Source: an uncultured Bacilli bacterium (GTDB taxonomy: Bacteria > Bacillota_I > Bacilli_A > RF39 > UBA660). Taken from it: DNA of 64,000 bases. Shown one piece after another: positions 17,991 through 27,921 of the stretch; within the stretch, counting starts at the first letter, position 1, and every line of letters starts with the position of its first letter. The position numbers were made by a program, and so were the translations under genes. The stretch lies in assembly GCA_934163035.1 (NCBI GenBank), contig CAKPJX010000002.1, positions 79,062 through 143,061 of the forward strand. Reading direction: 5' to 3'. The notes under the pieces are model-generated. The model searched no databases and was not told the origin of the DNA. It saw nothing but the letters and a program-made list of their open reading frames with translations.

Positions 17991-20387
17991 CTATTTAACT
18001 ACTATATTAACTATCTTACCCTTAATAACTATAATTTTAACGATCTCTTTGTTCTCAGTATGTTTAATAACATTTTCAGCCTGTAAAGCTTTTTCTTTGA
18101 TAACATCTTCTGAATCATCAGTATTAATAGTAATAGTTGCTCTAACCTTACCATTTACTTGAACTGCAATTTCTTTAGTTAAATCAACAGTCTTAGATAA
18201 ATCATATTGGGGCCAACTGGATTTACAGATTGCAACATTTCCAATCATTTCATTTAATTCCTCTGTAACATGAGGTGCAAATGGATATAATAATTTCAAC
18301 AATACAGTATAATCATCTTTACTAATATTATCAACAGTATAGTATTCATTAACTAACTTCATCAATTCAGAAATAGCCGTATTATATTTTAAAGTATCAA
18401 TATCTTCACTTACTTTTTTAATTGTTTTATTAATAATACTTTCAAATTTAGGTGTATAGCCATCATTATCATTAACTACCTCAGAAAGTCTATATACACG
18501 ATCTAAGAAACGACTAACTCCTTTTACACCTTGTTCATTCCAAGGAGCCTCTAATCCATAGTCCCCCATGAAAAGAACATAAGTTCTCAAAGCATCTGCA
18601 CCATATTGATCAACTATAGTGTTAGGATCAATTGTATTACCACGAGACTTACTCATCTTTTCACCATCAGGTCCTAAAATTAAGCCTTGAGCAGTTCTCT
18701 TTTTATATGGCTCACTTGTTGGAACTAATCCTAAATCATATAAGAAATGATACCAGAATCTAGAATAAATAACGTGTCTAGTAACATGCTCCATTCCACC
18801 ATTGTACCAATCAACTGGCATCCAATATTTAAGCTTTTCTAAAGAAGCAAACTCTTTATCATTATGTGGATCAATATATCTTAAGAAATACCAACTAGAA
18901 CCAGCCCATTGAGGCATTGTATCAGTTTCCCTTTTTGCATCTCTTCCACATTTTGGACACTTGCAATTAACAAAACTCTCAATTTTAGCAAGTGGACTCT
19001 CACCATCAGTACCAACCTCAAAATTATCAACATCAGGTAACCTCAAAGGCAATTCTTCATAAGGAACTGCAACATCTCCACAATGAGAGCAATGAACTAT
19101 AGGAATTGGCTCTCCCCAATATCTTTGTCTATTAAATGCCCAATCCTTCATTTTATATTGAACCGCTTTCTCACCAAGACCTTTTTCACTCAAGAATTCA
19201 ATAACTTTTTTAATTGCATCTTCCTTATTTAAACCATCCAAGAACTGAGAATTAATATGAACACCGTCACCAGTATAAGCTTCTTTTGATATATCTCCGC
19301 CTTCAATAACAGGAATAATATCAATACCAAACTTAGTAGCAAACTCATAATCTCTAGTATCATGTGCTGGAACGGCCATAATAGCACCAGTACCATAACC
19401 CATCATTACATAATCAGAAATATAAATAGGTATTTCACTACCATTAATTGGATTTATTGCTACTAAACCATCAATCCTAACACCAGTCTTATCCTTAGCT
19501 AACTGTACCCTTTCAAATTCAGTCTTCTTCTTAGTTTCTTCCCTATAAGCTATAATTTCATCCATATTATTAATCATATCTTTATGATTATCAATAATAT
19601 CATGTTCTGGAGCAACAACCATAAAAGTAGCTCCAAATAAAGTATCAGGACGTGTTGTATAAACTTTTAAAATTTCATCAATATCCTTAACTTTAAAATC
19701 AACATAAGCACCAGTAGATTTACCAATCCAATTTTCCTGTTGTAATTTAATGTTAGGTAAATAATCAACTTCCTTTAAACCTTCCAATAACTTATCAGCA
19801 TATTCAGTAATTCTTAGGTACCAAACATCTTTTTCTTTTTGAACAATCTGTGAATGACAAATATCACATTTTCCACCTTGTGAATCCTCATTTGATAAAA
19901 CCACTCTACAACTAGGACAATAATTAACTAAAGTCTTATCCCTAAAAGCAAGTCCCTTTTCAAACATTTTCAAAAATATCCACTGTGTCCACTTATAATA
20001 ATTCTCATCAGTAGTATCTATTACTCTAGACCAATCAAATGAAAAACCAACTTTCTTTAATTGTCCAGCAAACACAGAAATATTTCTATCAGTCAAAACT
20101 CTTGGATGGATATTTTGTTTAATAGCTGAATTTTCTGTAGGTAATCCAAAAGCATCATATCCAATTGGAAATAAAACATTATAACCTTCCATTCTCTTCT
20201 TTCTAGAAACAACTTCCAAACCAGAATAAGCCTTAATATGACCTAAATGCATCCCTACACCTGATGGATATGGAAATTCAACCAAGGCATAAAACTTCTT
20301 CTTAGAATAATCATCTAATGCTTTAAAACACTCATTCTTATCCCAATAATCTTGCCATTTTTTTTCTATCTCTTTAAAATTATACAT
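17991..20387 (-). CDS. leuS: Leucine--tRNA ligase
   Basis: 798 aa. HLGH (MHLGHIKAY) and KMSKS signatures, CP1 editing domain, Zn-binding Cys clusters. Confidence 0.97.
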   Translation of the reverse strand: MYNFKEIEKKWQDYWDKNECFKALDDYSKKKFYALVEFPYPSGVGMHLGHIKAYSGLEVVSRKKRMEGYNVLFPIGYDAFGLPTENSAIKQNIHPRVLTDRNISVFAGQLKKVGFSFDWSRVIDTTDENYYKWTQWIFLKMFEKGLAFRDKTLVNYCPSCRVVLSNEDSQGGKCDICHSQIVQKEKDVWYLRITEYADKLLEGLKEVDYLPNIKLQQENWIGKSTGAYVDFKVKDIDEILKVYTTRPDTLFGATFMVVAPEHDIIDNHKDMINNMDEIIAYREETKKKTEFERVQLAKDKTGVRIDGLVAINPINGSEIPIYISDYVMMGYGTGAIMAVPAHDTRDYEFATKFGIDIIPVIEGGDISKEAYTGDGVHINSQFLDGLNKEDAIKKVIEFLSEKGLGEKAVQYKMKDWAFNRQRYWGEPIPIVHCSHCGDVAVPYEELPLRLPDVDNFEVGTDGESPLAKIESFVNCKCPKCGRDAKRETDTMPQWAGSSWYFLRYIDPHNDKEFASLEKLKYWMPVDWYNGGMEHVTRHVIYSRFWYHFLYDLGLVPTSEPYKKRTAQGLILGPDGEKMSKSRGNTIDPNTIVDQYGADALRTYVLFMGDYGLEAPWNEQGVKGVSRFLDRVYRLSEVVNDNDGYTPKFESIINKTIKKVSEDIDTLKYNTAISELMKLVNEYYTVDNISKDDYTVLLKLLYPFAPHVTEELNEMIGNVAICKSSWPQYDLSKTVDLTKEIAVQVNGKVRATITINTDDSEDVIKEKALQAENVIKHTENKEIVKIIVIKGKIVNIVVK

Positions 20388-20739
20388 CTTTTATCATTCC
20401 TTTCTTCTTATAAAAACAATATATTAAATAATAACTAATAATAAATAATATTAAAGTTAACACTATCATAACTAGTATTTGAATTAACCAATTATTCAAA
20501 CCAAACACAACAGTAACTACTACCGAAATATCAAAAGATGATGTCAATGCTACTATTTGTAAAAGTTGATTATAATTAACTTTTTTAATATTAAGTCCAT
20601 ACTTAGTTACTAAAAATCTTATTTCAGCAAGTTCCTTTTTTTCTTTTTTATTTTTTCTTTTAATTGGAACTATAAGAAAAATCTCATAAATAGCCAGGAC
20701 TAGTAAATAAGTAAATATAAAACTAATAAATACCTTCAT
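20380..20739 (-). CDS. Small membrane protein, first gene of the T-box/leuS transcript
   Basis: Three hydrophobic helices. ATG 20739 is preceded by GGGAGG. The stop overlaps the leuS start by 8 nt. No family recognised. Confidence 0.55.
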   Translation of the reverse strand: MKVFISFIFTYLLVLAIYEIFLIVPIKRKNKKEKKELAEIRFLVTKYGLNIKKVNYNQLLQIVALTSSFDISVVVTVVFGLNNWLIQILVMIVLTLILFIISYYLIYCFYKKKGMIKDV

Positions 20740-20749
20740 AATTCCTCCC

Positions 20750-20953
20750 AAAAAAAATTTCTATAAATATAAGGACGAAATATCGCGGTACCACCTTATT
20801 TCATAGAAATCTATGCGCTTAAATAGAGATAATGGTCTTACCCATAATATGCAAATTGATCAAGTTCATACTATTAATTATACTTAATTTCACCAACATA
20901 AGCTCTCTAAAATAATTAAATAGTACTACTACTACCAATAATATTAAAAATAC
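20750..20953 (-). promoter_or_regulatory. T-box leader, Leu specifier (CUU)
   Basis: Minus strand: AGAGAG, TTGGTGAAA, specifier GAACUUGA (CUU = plus 20862-20864), T-box core AAGGTGGTACCGCG. Long terminator helix ATTTCTATGAAATAAGG / CCTTATATTTATAGAAAT followed by T8. Confidence 0.88.
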
Positions 20954-20959
20954 AAAATT

Positions 20960-20988
20960 AGTATAATAAAAATATTAGAAAATAGCAA
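20960..20988 (-). promoter_or_regulatory. Promoter of the Leu T-box leader
   Basis: Minus strand: TTGCTA (20983-20988), 17 nt, TATACT (20960-20965). Confidence 0.5.
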
Positions 20989-20997
20989 GTAATTATT

Positions 20998-21019
20998 TAT
21001 TTGAGTTTAGGTTTTTTAC
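20998..21019 (-). promoter_or_regulatory. 22-nt conserved element, copy A (GTAAAAAACCTAAACTCAAATA on the minus strand)
   Basis: 21/22 identical to 45358-45379. Ends 9 nt upstream of the -35 of the leuS-leader promoter. Confidence 0.5.
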
Positions 21020-21075
21020 TTTTATTTATGAATTCTTCATTACTAAATTTTCCACAACTATATTTTTAAATAAAA

Positions 21076-22059
21076 TTATTTTCTAATCTCATCAAAAACT
21101 GCATTAACTAAACAATCAATAGTTTTACTTCTATTAATATTATCTTCAATAAAAGAAAAGAAAAGATTAGGATCAATTAACTCAATTTCAATAATTTGAT
21201 ACTTTTCATTATTTTTAACAAAGTCAATTCTCATATACATATAATTTTTATATTCTGGAATAGACATAACCTTTTCACAAATATCAATCACATTTTTTTC
21301 AAGATCTGCAACTTTTATATCAATAGCATAACTCTTCTTGCCAAAAACATTACAATATCGCTTAACAGCACTAATAATTTTTCCCTTTACACAAATAACA
21401 GAAAGCTCACCATCTAGTACACCATCAATAAATGGCTGCAACATTAAACTAGAAGTACAACCTGAAAATGTATCATAAATATCATTAATATTTATACTAT
21501 TTTTAAGATTATCATTGCCAATTAAATAAGTACCATGTCCACTCTCAGAAATAGATGGCTTTATAACAACTTTATCATAATTACGATATTGTTTTTTTAA
21601 AATATCACTAATATCTTTTGCTATATACATGCTATTATCTAGAAAAATTGTCTCAACATGCTCAATATTATATTTATCCATTAACATAAATTGAGATTTT
21701 TTATCAATATTGTTCTTTATAAGTTCAGTATTATTAAATATTTTTATTTTCTTTTTATCAACTGCATCAAGCCAACTCATAAAATCAGTTAAATTATCAC
21801 AAAAACCCCAAATAGATCTAACAATAAGTGCATCATATTTATCCAAATTAATATTCTTTTGCCAAGAAATAATATCACAATATATTCCATTACAAATAAA
21901 TCGTCTCTTTAAATAAACATCATCCAATATTTTATTAGCATATTTATCAGTAGATACTATAGCCACATGATATAAACTTTTTTTTACAGACAATCTCAAA
22001 ACATTAGTCTTCATTTTATAAAGATTAAATTTTAGCTTTCTCAATATTTTTTTTAACAT
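21076..22059 (-). CDS. ATP-grasp domain protein (RimK/glutathione-synthetase-like ligase), substrate unknown
   Basis: VVIKPSISESGHGTY, LMLQPFIDGV..GELSVICVKGKIISAVKR, MRIDFV...IIEIELIDP match the ATP-grasp fold pattern. The start overlaps the upstream stop. Confidence 0.65.
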   Translation of the reverse strand: MLKKILRKLKFNLYKMKTNVLRLSVKKSLYHVAIVSTDKYANKILDDVYLKRRFICNGIYCDIISWQKNINLDKYDALIVRSIWGFCDNLTDFMSWLDAVDKKKIKIFNNTELIKNNIDKKSQFMLMDKYNIEHVETIFLDNSMYIAKDISDILKKQYRNYDKVVIKPSISESGHGTYLIGNDNLKNSININDIYDTFSGCTSSLMLQPFIDGVLDGELSVICVKGKIISAVKRYCNVFGKKSYAIDIKVADLEKNVIDICEKVMSIPEYKNYMYMRIDFVKNNEKYQIIEIELIDPNLFFSFIEDNINRSKTIDCLVNAVFDEIRK

Positions 22060-23657
22060 TATTTTAATCCCCTAACTGCCTTATTTATTAAATATAAGTT
22101 GTGAATTAAATCCCTCTTTTCAATAGCAAAATTGAATCTACCAACAATCTCTTCAGGATATGGCCAAGAAAAGTTAAGCCCCATCAAACAATTAATTTTT
22201 GTTTTCTGATATAAATAAGTTAAAAAGTCTGCATCATTTTTAATGACATTATTATCATAACGTTTTCCTATTAATTTAGTAAAATCAACTAAAGCAAAAA
22301 ATCCAGATTGAGGATAAGTATTATTTCTTATACAAACACCAGGTATACCACTAAAAAGTAATTTTAAAGAATCTTCATCCTTCGTATATTTCTTTATATC
22401 ACGAATAATTCTCTTTTTATACTGTTGACAATTTTTATAATCTATTCCATATATTAAGGCTTCCAACAAGGCAAGTCTATATTTATACTCTTTAATTGCC
22501 TTTCCAAAATACTTCTTAGCAAGTCTATACCTTTTATTAGAATCATTAAAGGCCCCTGCTAAAGCATAAGACTGTAAAACAGAATAAGAATCAAAATCAC
22601 TAAAAATATAGTCTTCCAATCCCCTAACAATACAAACTGGAGCCAAAATAAAGCCAGCTCTAATACCAGCTAAACCATATGATTTAGAAAGTCCAGAGAT
22701 AGTAATTGTATTATTAAAATACTTAGGAATACTAGCAATAGGAAAAGCCAAATTATCCTGATCATAGGTTAAATCTCTATATATTAAATCATCAATAATA
22801 AATACGCCCTTTTCTAAACAAACATCACCCAATCGCGTAATGATATCCATATTTTTCTTACTCAAAACTTTTCCAAGTGGATTATGTGGGTTCAAGTTCA
22901 AAAAAGCAACCACCCTAGGAGTATAATCAAGTTTTCCCTTAAACTTATTTTTAAGTTCTAAATTAATTTCATCTATTCTTTTACCAAGTAACTCTGGATT
23001 AATTAAAAAATCATCCTCTTCTCTCAATTCAATTAAACGAAGTCTCGCATTACATACCTCAGTATTAACTGCAAATATACCATAATTAGGGCCCGTAACA
23101 ATGATAACATCTTCATTTCTTGCAATAGTATTAACAATTAAGTTATAAGCATGAGTAGTAGAATAAGTAAACGCAACATTATCTATACCAATACCATCAT
23201 AATTACTAGAACTTTCAGTAGAAAATCCTTCTCTTCTCAGATAATTAACAACTTTTTGACGACACTTTCTCTCACCAATAGAAGTAGGATAAACATACAA
23301 AAATCTAGTAAATAGTACCCTCATAATAGAAGTTATACATAATGGAAACGGTCTCATTCTCAAAGGATTACCATTTCGTACAGAAAAATACTCATCTATT
23401 TTAGGAACACCATTATTATCATATATAGATAAATCCTTAAATAATAAATTGTACCCATCATCTATCTTAAGGGCATCCTCAGAGAATGGTTTATTATCTC
23501 TTCTTTTACCAAGTTTTCTAAAAGATGATAAAGTATCTGGATTGTTCTCAACAAAATAATCTAAAGATTTAGAAAAATTTTTTCTATCAAAACTACTATT
23601 AACAATTTTAACATCATCATATCCTAAAATTTTACGTACAATTTTTTTTACTCCCAT
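22059..23657 (-). CDS. Class I/II PLP-dependent aminotransferase with about 100-aa N-terminal extension
   Basis: LNLNPHNPLG (NPxNPTG-like) and SGLSKSYGLAGIRAGF (PLP-lysine SxSK...GxRxG). 532 aa, against about 390 typical. Confidence 0.75.
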   Translation of the reverse strand: MGVKKIVRKILGYDDVKIVNSSFDRKNFSKSLDYFVENNPDTLSSFRKLGKRRDNKPFSEDALKIDDGYNLLFKDLSIYDNNGVPKIDEYFSVRNGNPLRMRPFPLCITSIMRVLFTRFLYVYPTSIGERKCRQKVVNYLRREGFSTESSSNYDGIGIDNVAFTYSTTHAYNLIVNTIARNEDVIIVTGPNYGIFAVNTEVCNARLRLIELREEDDFLINPELLGKRIDEINLELKNKFKGKLDYTPRVVAFLNLNPHNPLGKVLSKKNMDIITRLGDVCLEKGVFIIDDLIYRDLTYDQDNLAFPIASIPKYFNNTITISGLSKSYGLAGIRAGFILAPVCIVRGLEDYIFSDFDSYSVLQSYALAGAFNDSNKRYRLAKKYFGKAIKEYKYRLALLEALIYGIDYKNCQQYKKRIIRDIKKYTKDEDSLKLLFSGIPGVCIRNNTYPQSGFFALVDFTKLIGKRYDNNVIKNDADFLTYLYQKTKINCLMGLNFSWPYPEEIVGRFNFAIEKRDLIHNLYLINKAVRGLK

Positions 23658-23678
23658 AATAACACTCCCCTAAAACAA

Positions 23679-25304
23679 TTATTTCCTAACAAATACTTTT
23701 TTCACTTTATTAATATAATCATTTCCAAATACATCCTCAAATAAATGTAATTTATATGATAAAAGCAAATATATAACAGCACCTAATATAGAATATAGAG
23801 CAATAATAAGTATAGACTTAAACCTACCTGTAACTGATAATGGAACAACTAACGATAATAACATTAATAATAAAAGCATAATTACAACAGAAAAAATTAT
23901 TTTAAATACTGGTTTTATGTTACTTGAATAGTCAAACTTAAATTTTTTCTTTAAGTATACAAGTAATACAATACTAGCACCACCTTGTACCAAAACATTA
24001 GTAACTATTGTTGCATAGTACGCTTCAGCACCTATAAATTTCAAAAAATGCATCATTGGAACATTTAATATAATTTTAAATATAAAGCTACCAAAAAGGG
24101 CACCTAGCGCCAATTTAGATTGATTAAGTGATTGTGCCAAATTAAGAGCAATAGTATAAATGCAAAAAATAATAGCCTGCAAAATATAAAATCTAAATAT
24201 ATTAATACTTAAAGGATCATATCCATAAAATGCTACCCACACTGGCTGAGCTAAAAGACTTAGTCCAAAAGACATTGGTAAAGAAAAGTATAAAATTGTA
24301 CTATATGATTCATTGATTCTTTTATTAACATTATCCATATCTTTTTTAGCAAAACTTCCAGAAATATTTGGAATTAAACTGGTAACTACTCCTAAAGCAA
24401 TAGAAGCAACTATCATATTTAACTTAGATGCCCACGTATTAATAACACCAAACACTGTTTCAGCAGCGGATGCACTATAACCTAACTTAACCAACTCTTT
24501 AACAACAGTAAATGAATCAACCATACCATAAAGTGATTTTACTAAATCAATAATTACAAATGGCAAAGCATAAAATACTATTCTCTTTAGTAAAATTTTT
24601 ACATCACTTTTTTTAGCATTTTTTTCATCATAGCTAAACAAATCTTTATTCTTATGTATTTTAAGTTTTAAATACAAATATGAAGAAAGAGCTGCCACTG
24701 TAGCAGCAAAAATAGAAATATAGACTGCATAATTAATAGGTAATTTAAGTTTTCTAACAAGTAAATAACTACCAACAACTATTATAACTACTCTAACAAT
24801 TTGTTCAAGCAGTTCAGAAATACTAGTAGTAGTAATCATCTTATTACCTTGCAAATAACCCCTAGTAACACTAAGCTGTGGTACAACAAGCAAAGAAACA
24901 GATACAACCCTAACTGCCATTGCTACATCACTTAAAGTATTTCCACCCTTAACGTTACCTATAAATAAATAAGCAACTTTATCTGCAAAAATAAATAATA
25001 TTAAAAATAGAATAAAACCAAACAAAGTAATCATTTTTTTAGAAAGACCATAAATTTCTTCTCTGGTACTATATTCTTTTAATGCATTAGATTCACTAAC
25101 CAACTTAGATAAAGCAATAGGTATACCACAAGTAGATAAACTTAAAAATATTGCATAAATAGAATAAGCATAACTATATAATGCGCCTCCCTTATTACCA
25201 ATAATACTATAAAAAGGAACTACATATAGTAGTCCTACCACTTTACACAATAAAATAGAAAAAGTAGCTACAAAAGCACCTTCCATAAAAGTATTTTTCT
25301 TCAT
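23679..25304 (-). CDS. MOP-superfamily exporter/flippase (MurJ/SpoVB-like), paralog 2
   Basis: About 14 TM helices; block IIGNKGGALYSYAY. Start placed at ATG 25304 (MKKNTFMEG); ATGs at 25316-25319 are also possible. The ORF-track start 25439 would overlap the GH31 gene and the promoter. Confidence 0.75.
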   Translation of the reverse strand: MKKNTFMEGAFVATFSILLCKVVGLLYVVPFYSIIGNKGGALYSYAYSIYAIFLSLSTCGIPIALSKLVSESNALKEYSTREEIYGLSKKMITLFGFILFLILFIFADKVAYLFIGNVKGGNTLSDVAMAVRVVSVSLLVVPQLSVTRGYLQGNKMITTTSISELLEQIVRVVIIVVGSYLLVRKLKLPINYAVYISIFAATVAALSSYLYLKLKIHKNKDLFSYDEKNAKKSDVKILLKRIVFYALPFVIIDLVKSLYGMVDSFTVVKELVKLGYSASAAETVFGVINTWASKLNMIVASIALGVVTSLIPNISGSFAKKDMDNVNKRINESYSTILYFSLPMSFGLSLLAQPVWVAFYGYDPLSINIFRFYILQAIIFCIYTIALNLAQSLNQSKLALGALFGSFIFKIILNVPMMHFLKFIGAEAYYATIVTNVLVQGGASIVLLVYLKKKFKFDYSSNIKPVFKIIFSVVIMLLLLMLLSLVVPLSVTGRFKSILIIALYSILGAVIYLLLSYKLHLFEDVFGNDYINKVKKVFVRK

Positions 25305-25343
25305 TTTCACAATCATCATCCACTTTGCTCTTATATTGAAACA

Positions 25344-25372
25344 ATTATAACATTTATATTGACGATATGCAA
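25344..25372 (-). promoter_or_regulatory. Near-consensus promoter of the exporter/aminotransferase/ATP-grasp module
   Basis: Minus strand: TTGCAT (25367-25372), 17 nt, TATAAT (25344-25349). Confidence 0.6.
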
Positions 25373-25416
25373 ATTTAAAAGAACGTGTTAAAAGAACGCA
25401 ATATAAATCGCATTTC

Positions 25417-27837
25417 CTAAACTTCACTAATATATTCAAGCAGTTTTAAGAATAAAGTGATATATTCTTTAGATAGCCCCTTCTTCCTCAATTTTCTAAT
25501 TTCAACACGCTTACTACCTAAAGGAAGATTTCCAAACATAATATCAGCTATATTTTCTTTCATATAAGTTTCAATCTTTAAATCCATCAAAATACTATTT
25601 ACATCATCATTAATAAGTCTAATAGCATCTATCTCAATATCCCTACCTTTACAATTAATTGTAAGCTGACCAACAGTAGGACAATTATTAATCTCAACAA
25701 TAAAATCATTTCCATCTACATAATTAGTAACAGGTATCATATCAGTATTAAAATATGCCGTAACATCAGTAGCTTGCTTAGTATTTCTAAAAACCATTTT
25801 ATAATTACGTTTTAACGGAGCAATGCCACTTTTACCTTCAATTGCTCTGATTATAACAGTATAATTGTTCTTCAAATAGTTATAGTCAATTGATGTTTTA
25901 ATATAATATCCATCTTTGTATAATGATGTAACTCCATCATCTTCATATAATGTATATGTATTACTAACACCAGGGAAAATTTGAATTTCCATATCAGTTG
26001 GTAAAGCGGTATTATTATAGTCGCTTCTATTAGAAAGAGGAATAATTGAACCAGCATGCGCAAAAACAGGATAATCTTCATCTCTAAAGAATGACACATA
26101 CTTCTTATTACCAGGAAACTTCTTTCCAGTTATAAAGTCATACCAAATACCATTAGGCATAAAGAACCTATGTAAAGTTCTATTCATAATAGTATCTTTT
26201 TTATCTAAGATAGGACAAACCAATAATTGTGATCCAAAATAATATTGATTTCTATAAAGTTCATCATCATAAACCCACATATAATTATAATAGAAAGGCT
26301 GAATAAGCGGTGTACCAGTTCTAGTATAATTATATGCTTCAGTATAAAGGTAAGGTATAAGTCTATGTCTAAGCCTTAAATAATCAGCCGCTATATTAGT
26401 TATTTTAGCGTCCCATAACCAAGGTTCCTTCTTATAATATGGTCCCCTAGCACCATGGAAACGTAAAATAGGAGAAAAAGTACCAAGCTGAACATATCTA
26501 ATATAAAGTTCTCCATCTTCTATACCGCCATGATTTCCCCCAACATCATGACTCCACCAACTAACACCAATATTTGCAGCATTAAGCAACATAAATGGTA
26601 TTTTCCTTAAAGCCTCCCAGCTAACCTCACTAGAGCCACCATAAAGTATTCCATATTTATGAGGTGCCATTATAGCTCCCCTAGATAAAAGCATTCCACG
26701 TTTAGAAGCATTTTTCTTCGAATCTAAAAACATATAATGATTCAAAGACCACAAATTCGTAATGTTACTAATATCTCTATAATCATTCCAAAAAAAGTCA
26801 ACACCAAGAGACTCTAATGGATGTAAAAAAGCCTTAAACAATACATCTAACAATTGAGGATTTAAAGGATCAAATTTTATTAGTGTTGGCTGTGCTAATC
26901 CCATCAATTGCATAACTTGTTGATAATTTGATTCATGTGGATAAAATCCTTCAGTTGGATTGATACATAAACCTACTCTAACACCTCTCATATGAAATTG
27001 TTTAATCATTTCCTTAGGATTTCTTATCAAATTTCTATTAAATGTATATCCAGTTCTAAGTCCAGCATAAGAACCAACATCTCTAAAATGCCAATCATTA
27101 TCAAATAACATTACCGCAATAGGAATTTTTTTTCTTTCGAAATTTTTAATCAAAGTATAAATATCCTGATCATTATACGAAAGGTTTCTACTCCACCAAT
27201 TTCCAAAAGCATATCTTGGAGGTAACACAGGTGCACCAGTCAATTTAAAATAATCGTCTAAAGCATACCTAAAATCCTGATCATACATAAAAACATAAAT
27301 ATCAATATGATCTTTTGGTGAATCCGATAATGTACCATCTTCCATTATAACTTTACTATTACTATCATCTAAAGAAGCAAAACCATCCAGAGAATAAAGC
27401 CCCTTCATCATAAAATCCGGAACTCCAGCATCAACGCTAACCATATTTCCTCTCAAATTTCTAGCCTCCGGATGACCATAGTACCAATCTTTCTGTCTAT
27501 CCCTTTCCCTACTATTAAGAGTTATTTTTAAATTTTTCATAGGATCTATACTAGAGCCAGTAAATGGTTGTTCCTTAGCGTATAATAATGAAAAAAACCT
27601 TGTATCAATTGATATTGCATTATTGTCCTGATTAAGATTAAAACTAGGTAATTTCAAATTCCTATTTATAACCAATTGTGTTGGTCTATCAACAAAACTT
27701 CCTGTCGGAGAATACTCAAGTCTAACAACACGCTCAGTCAAAACAGTAATCCGGTATTTATTACCAGAAACTATAGCCTTAGGATTTGCTTTACATCTAG
27801 GATAATTTAGTTCAAATTGTTTACCTAATGGATACAT
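25417..27837 (-). CDS. Glycoside hydrolase family 31 protein (cytoplasmic alpha-glycosidase)
   Basis: 806 aa, no signal peptide. N-terminal YRITVLTERVVRLEY. GVDFFWNDY and WWSHDVGG resemble the GH31 nucleophile and acid/base regions. Confidence 0.75.
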   Translation of the reverse strand: MYPLGKQFELNYPRCKANPKAIVSGNKYRITVLTERVVRLEYSPTGSFVDRPTQLVINRNLKLPSFNLNQDNNAISIDTRFFSLLYAKEQPFTGSSIDPMKNLKITLNSRERDRQKDWYYGHPEARNLRGNMVSVDAGVPDFMMKGLYSLDGFASLDDSNSKVIMEDGTLSDSPKDHIDIYVFMYDQDFRYALDDYFKLTGAPVLPPRYAFGNWWSRNLSYNDQDIYTLIKNFERKKIPIAVMLFDNDWHFRDVGSYAGLRTGYTFNRNLIRNPKEMIKQFHMRGVRVGLCINPTEGFYPHESNYQQVMQLMGLAQPTLIKFDPLNPQLLDVLFKAFLHPLESLGVDFFWNDYRDISNITNLWSLNHYMFLDSKKNASKRGMLLSRGAIMAPHKYGILYGGSSEVSWEALRKIPFMLLNAANIGVSWWSHDVGGNHGGIEDGELYIRYVQLGTFSPILRFHGARGPYYKKEPWLWDAKITNIAADYLRLRHRLIPYLYTEAYNYTRTGTPLIQPFYYNYMWVYDDELYRNQYYFGSQLLVCPILDKKDTIMNRTLHRFFMPNGIWYDFITGKKFPGNKKYVSFFRDEDYPVFAHAGSIIPLSNRSDYNNTALPTDMEIQIFPGVSNTYTLYEDDGVTSLYKDGYYIKTSIDYNYLKNNYTVIIRAIEGKSGIAPLKRNYKMVFRNTKQATDVTAYFNTDMIPVTNYVDGNDFIVEINNCPTVGQLTINCKGRDIEIDAIRLINDDVNSILMDLKIETYMKENIADIMFGNLPLGSKRVEIRKLRKKGLSKEYITLFLKLLEYISEV

Positions 27838-27921
27838 GCCAACACCTTCCTATTATTCTAGTAACATAATATCACAAATATAAAAATATTCCAATATAAA
27901 AATTATTCAAAAAAAAAGAGA

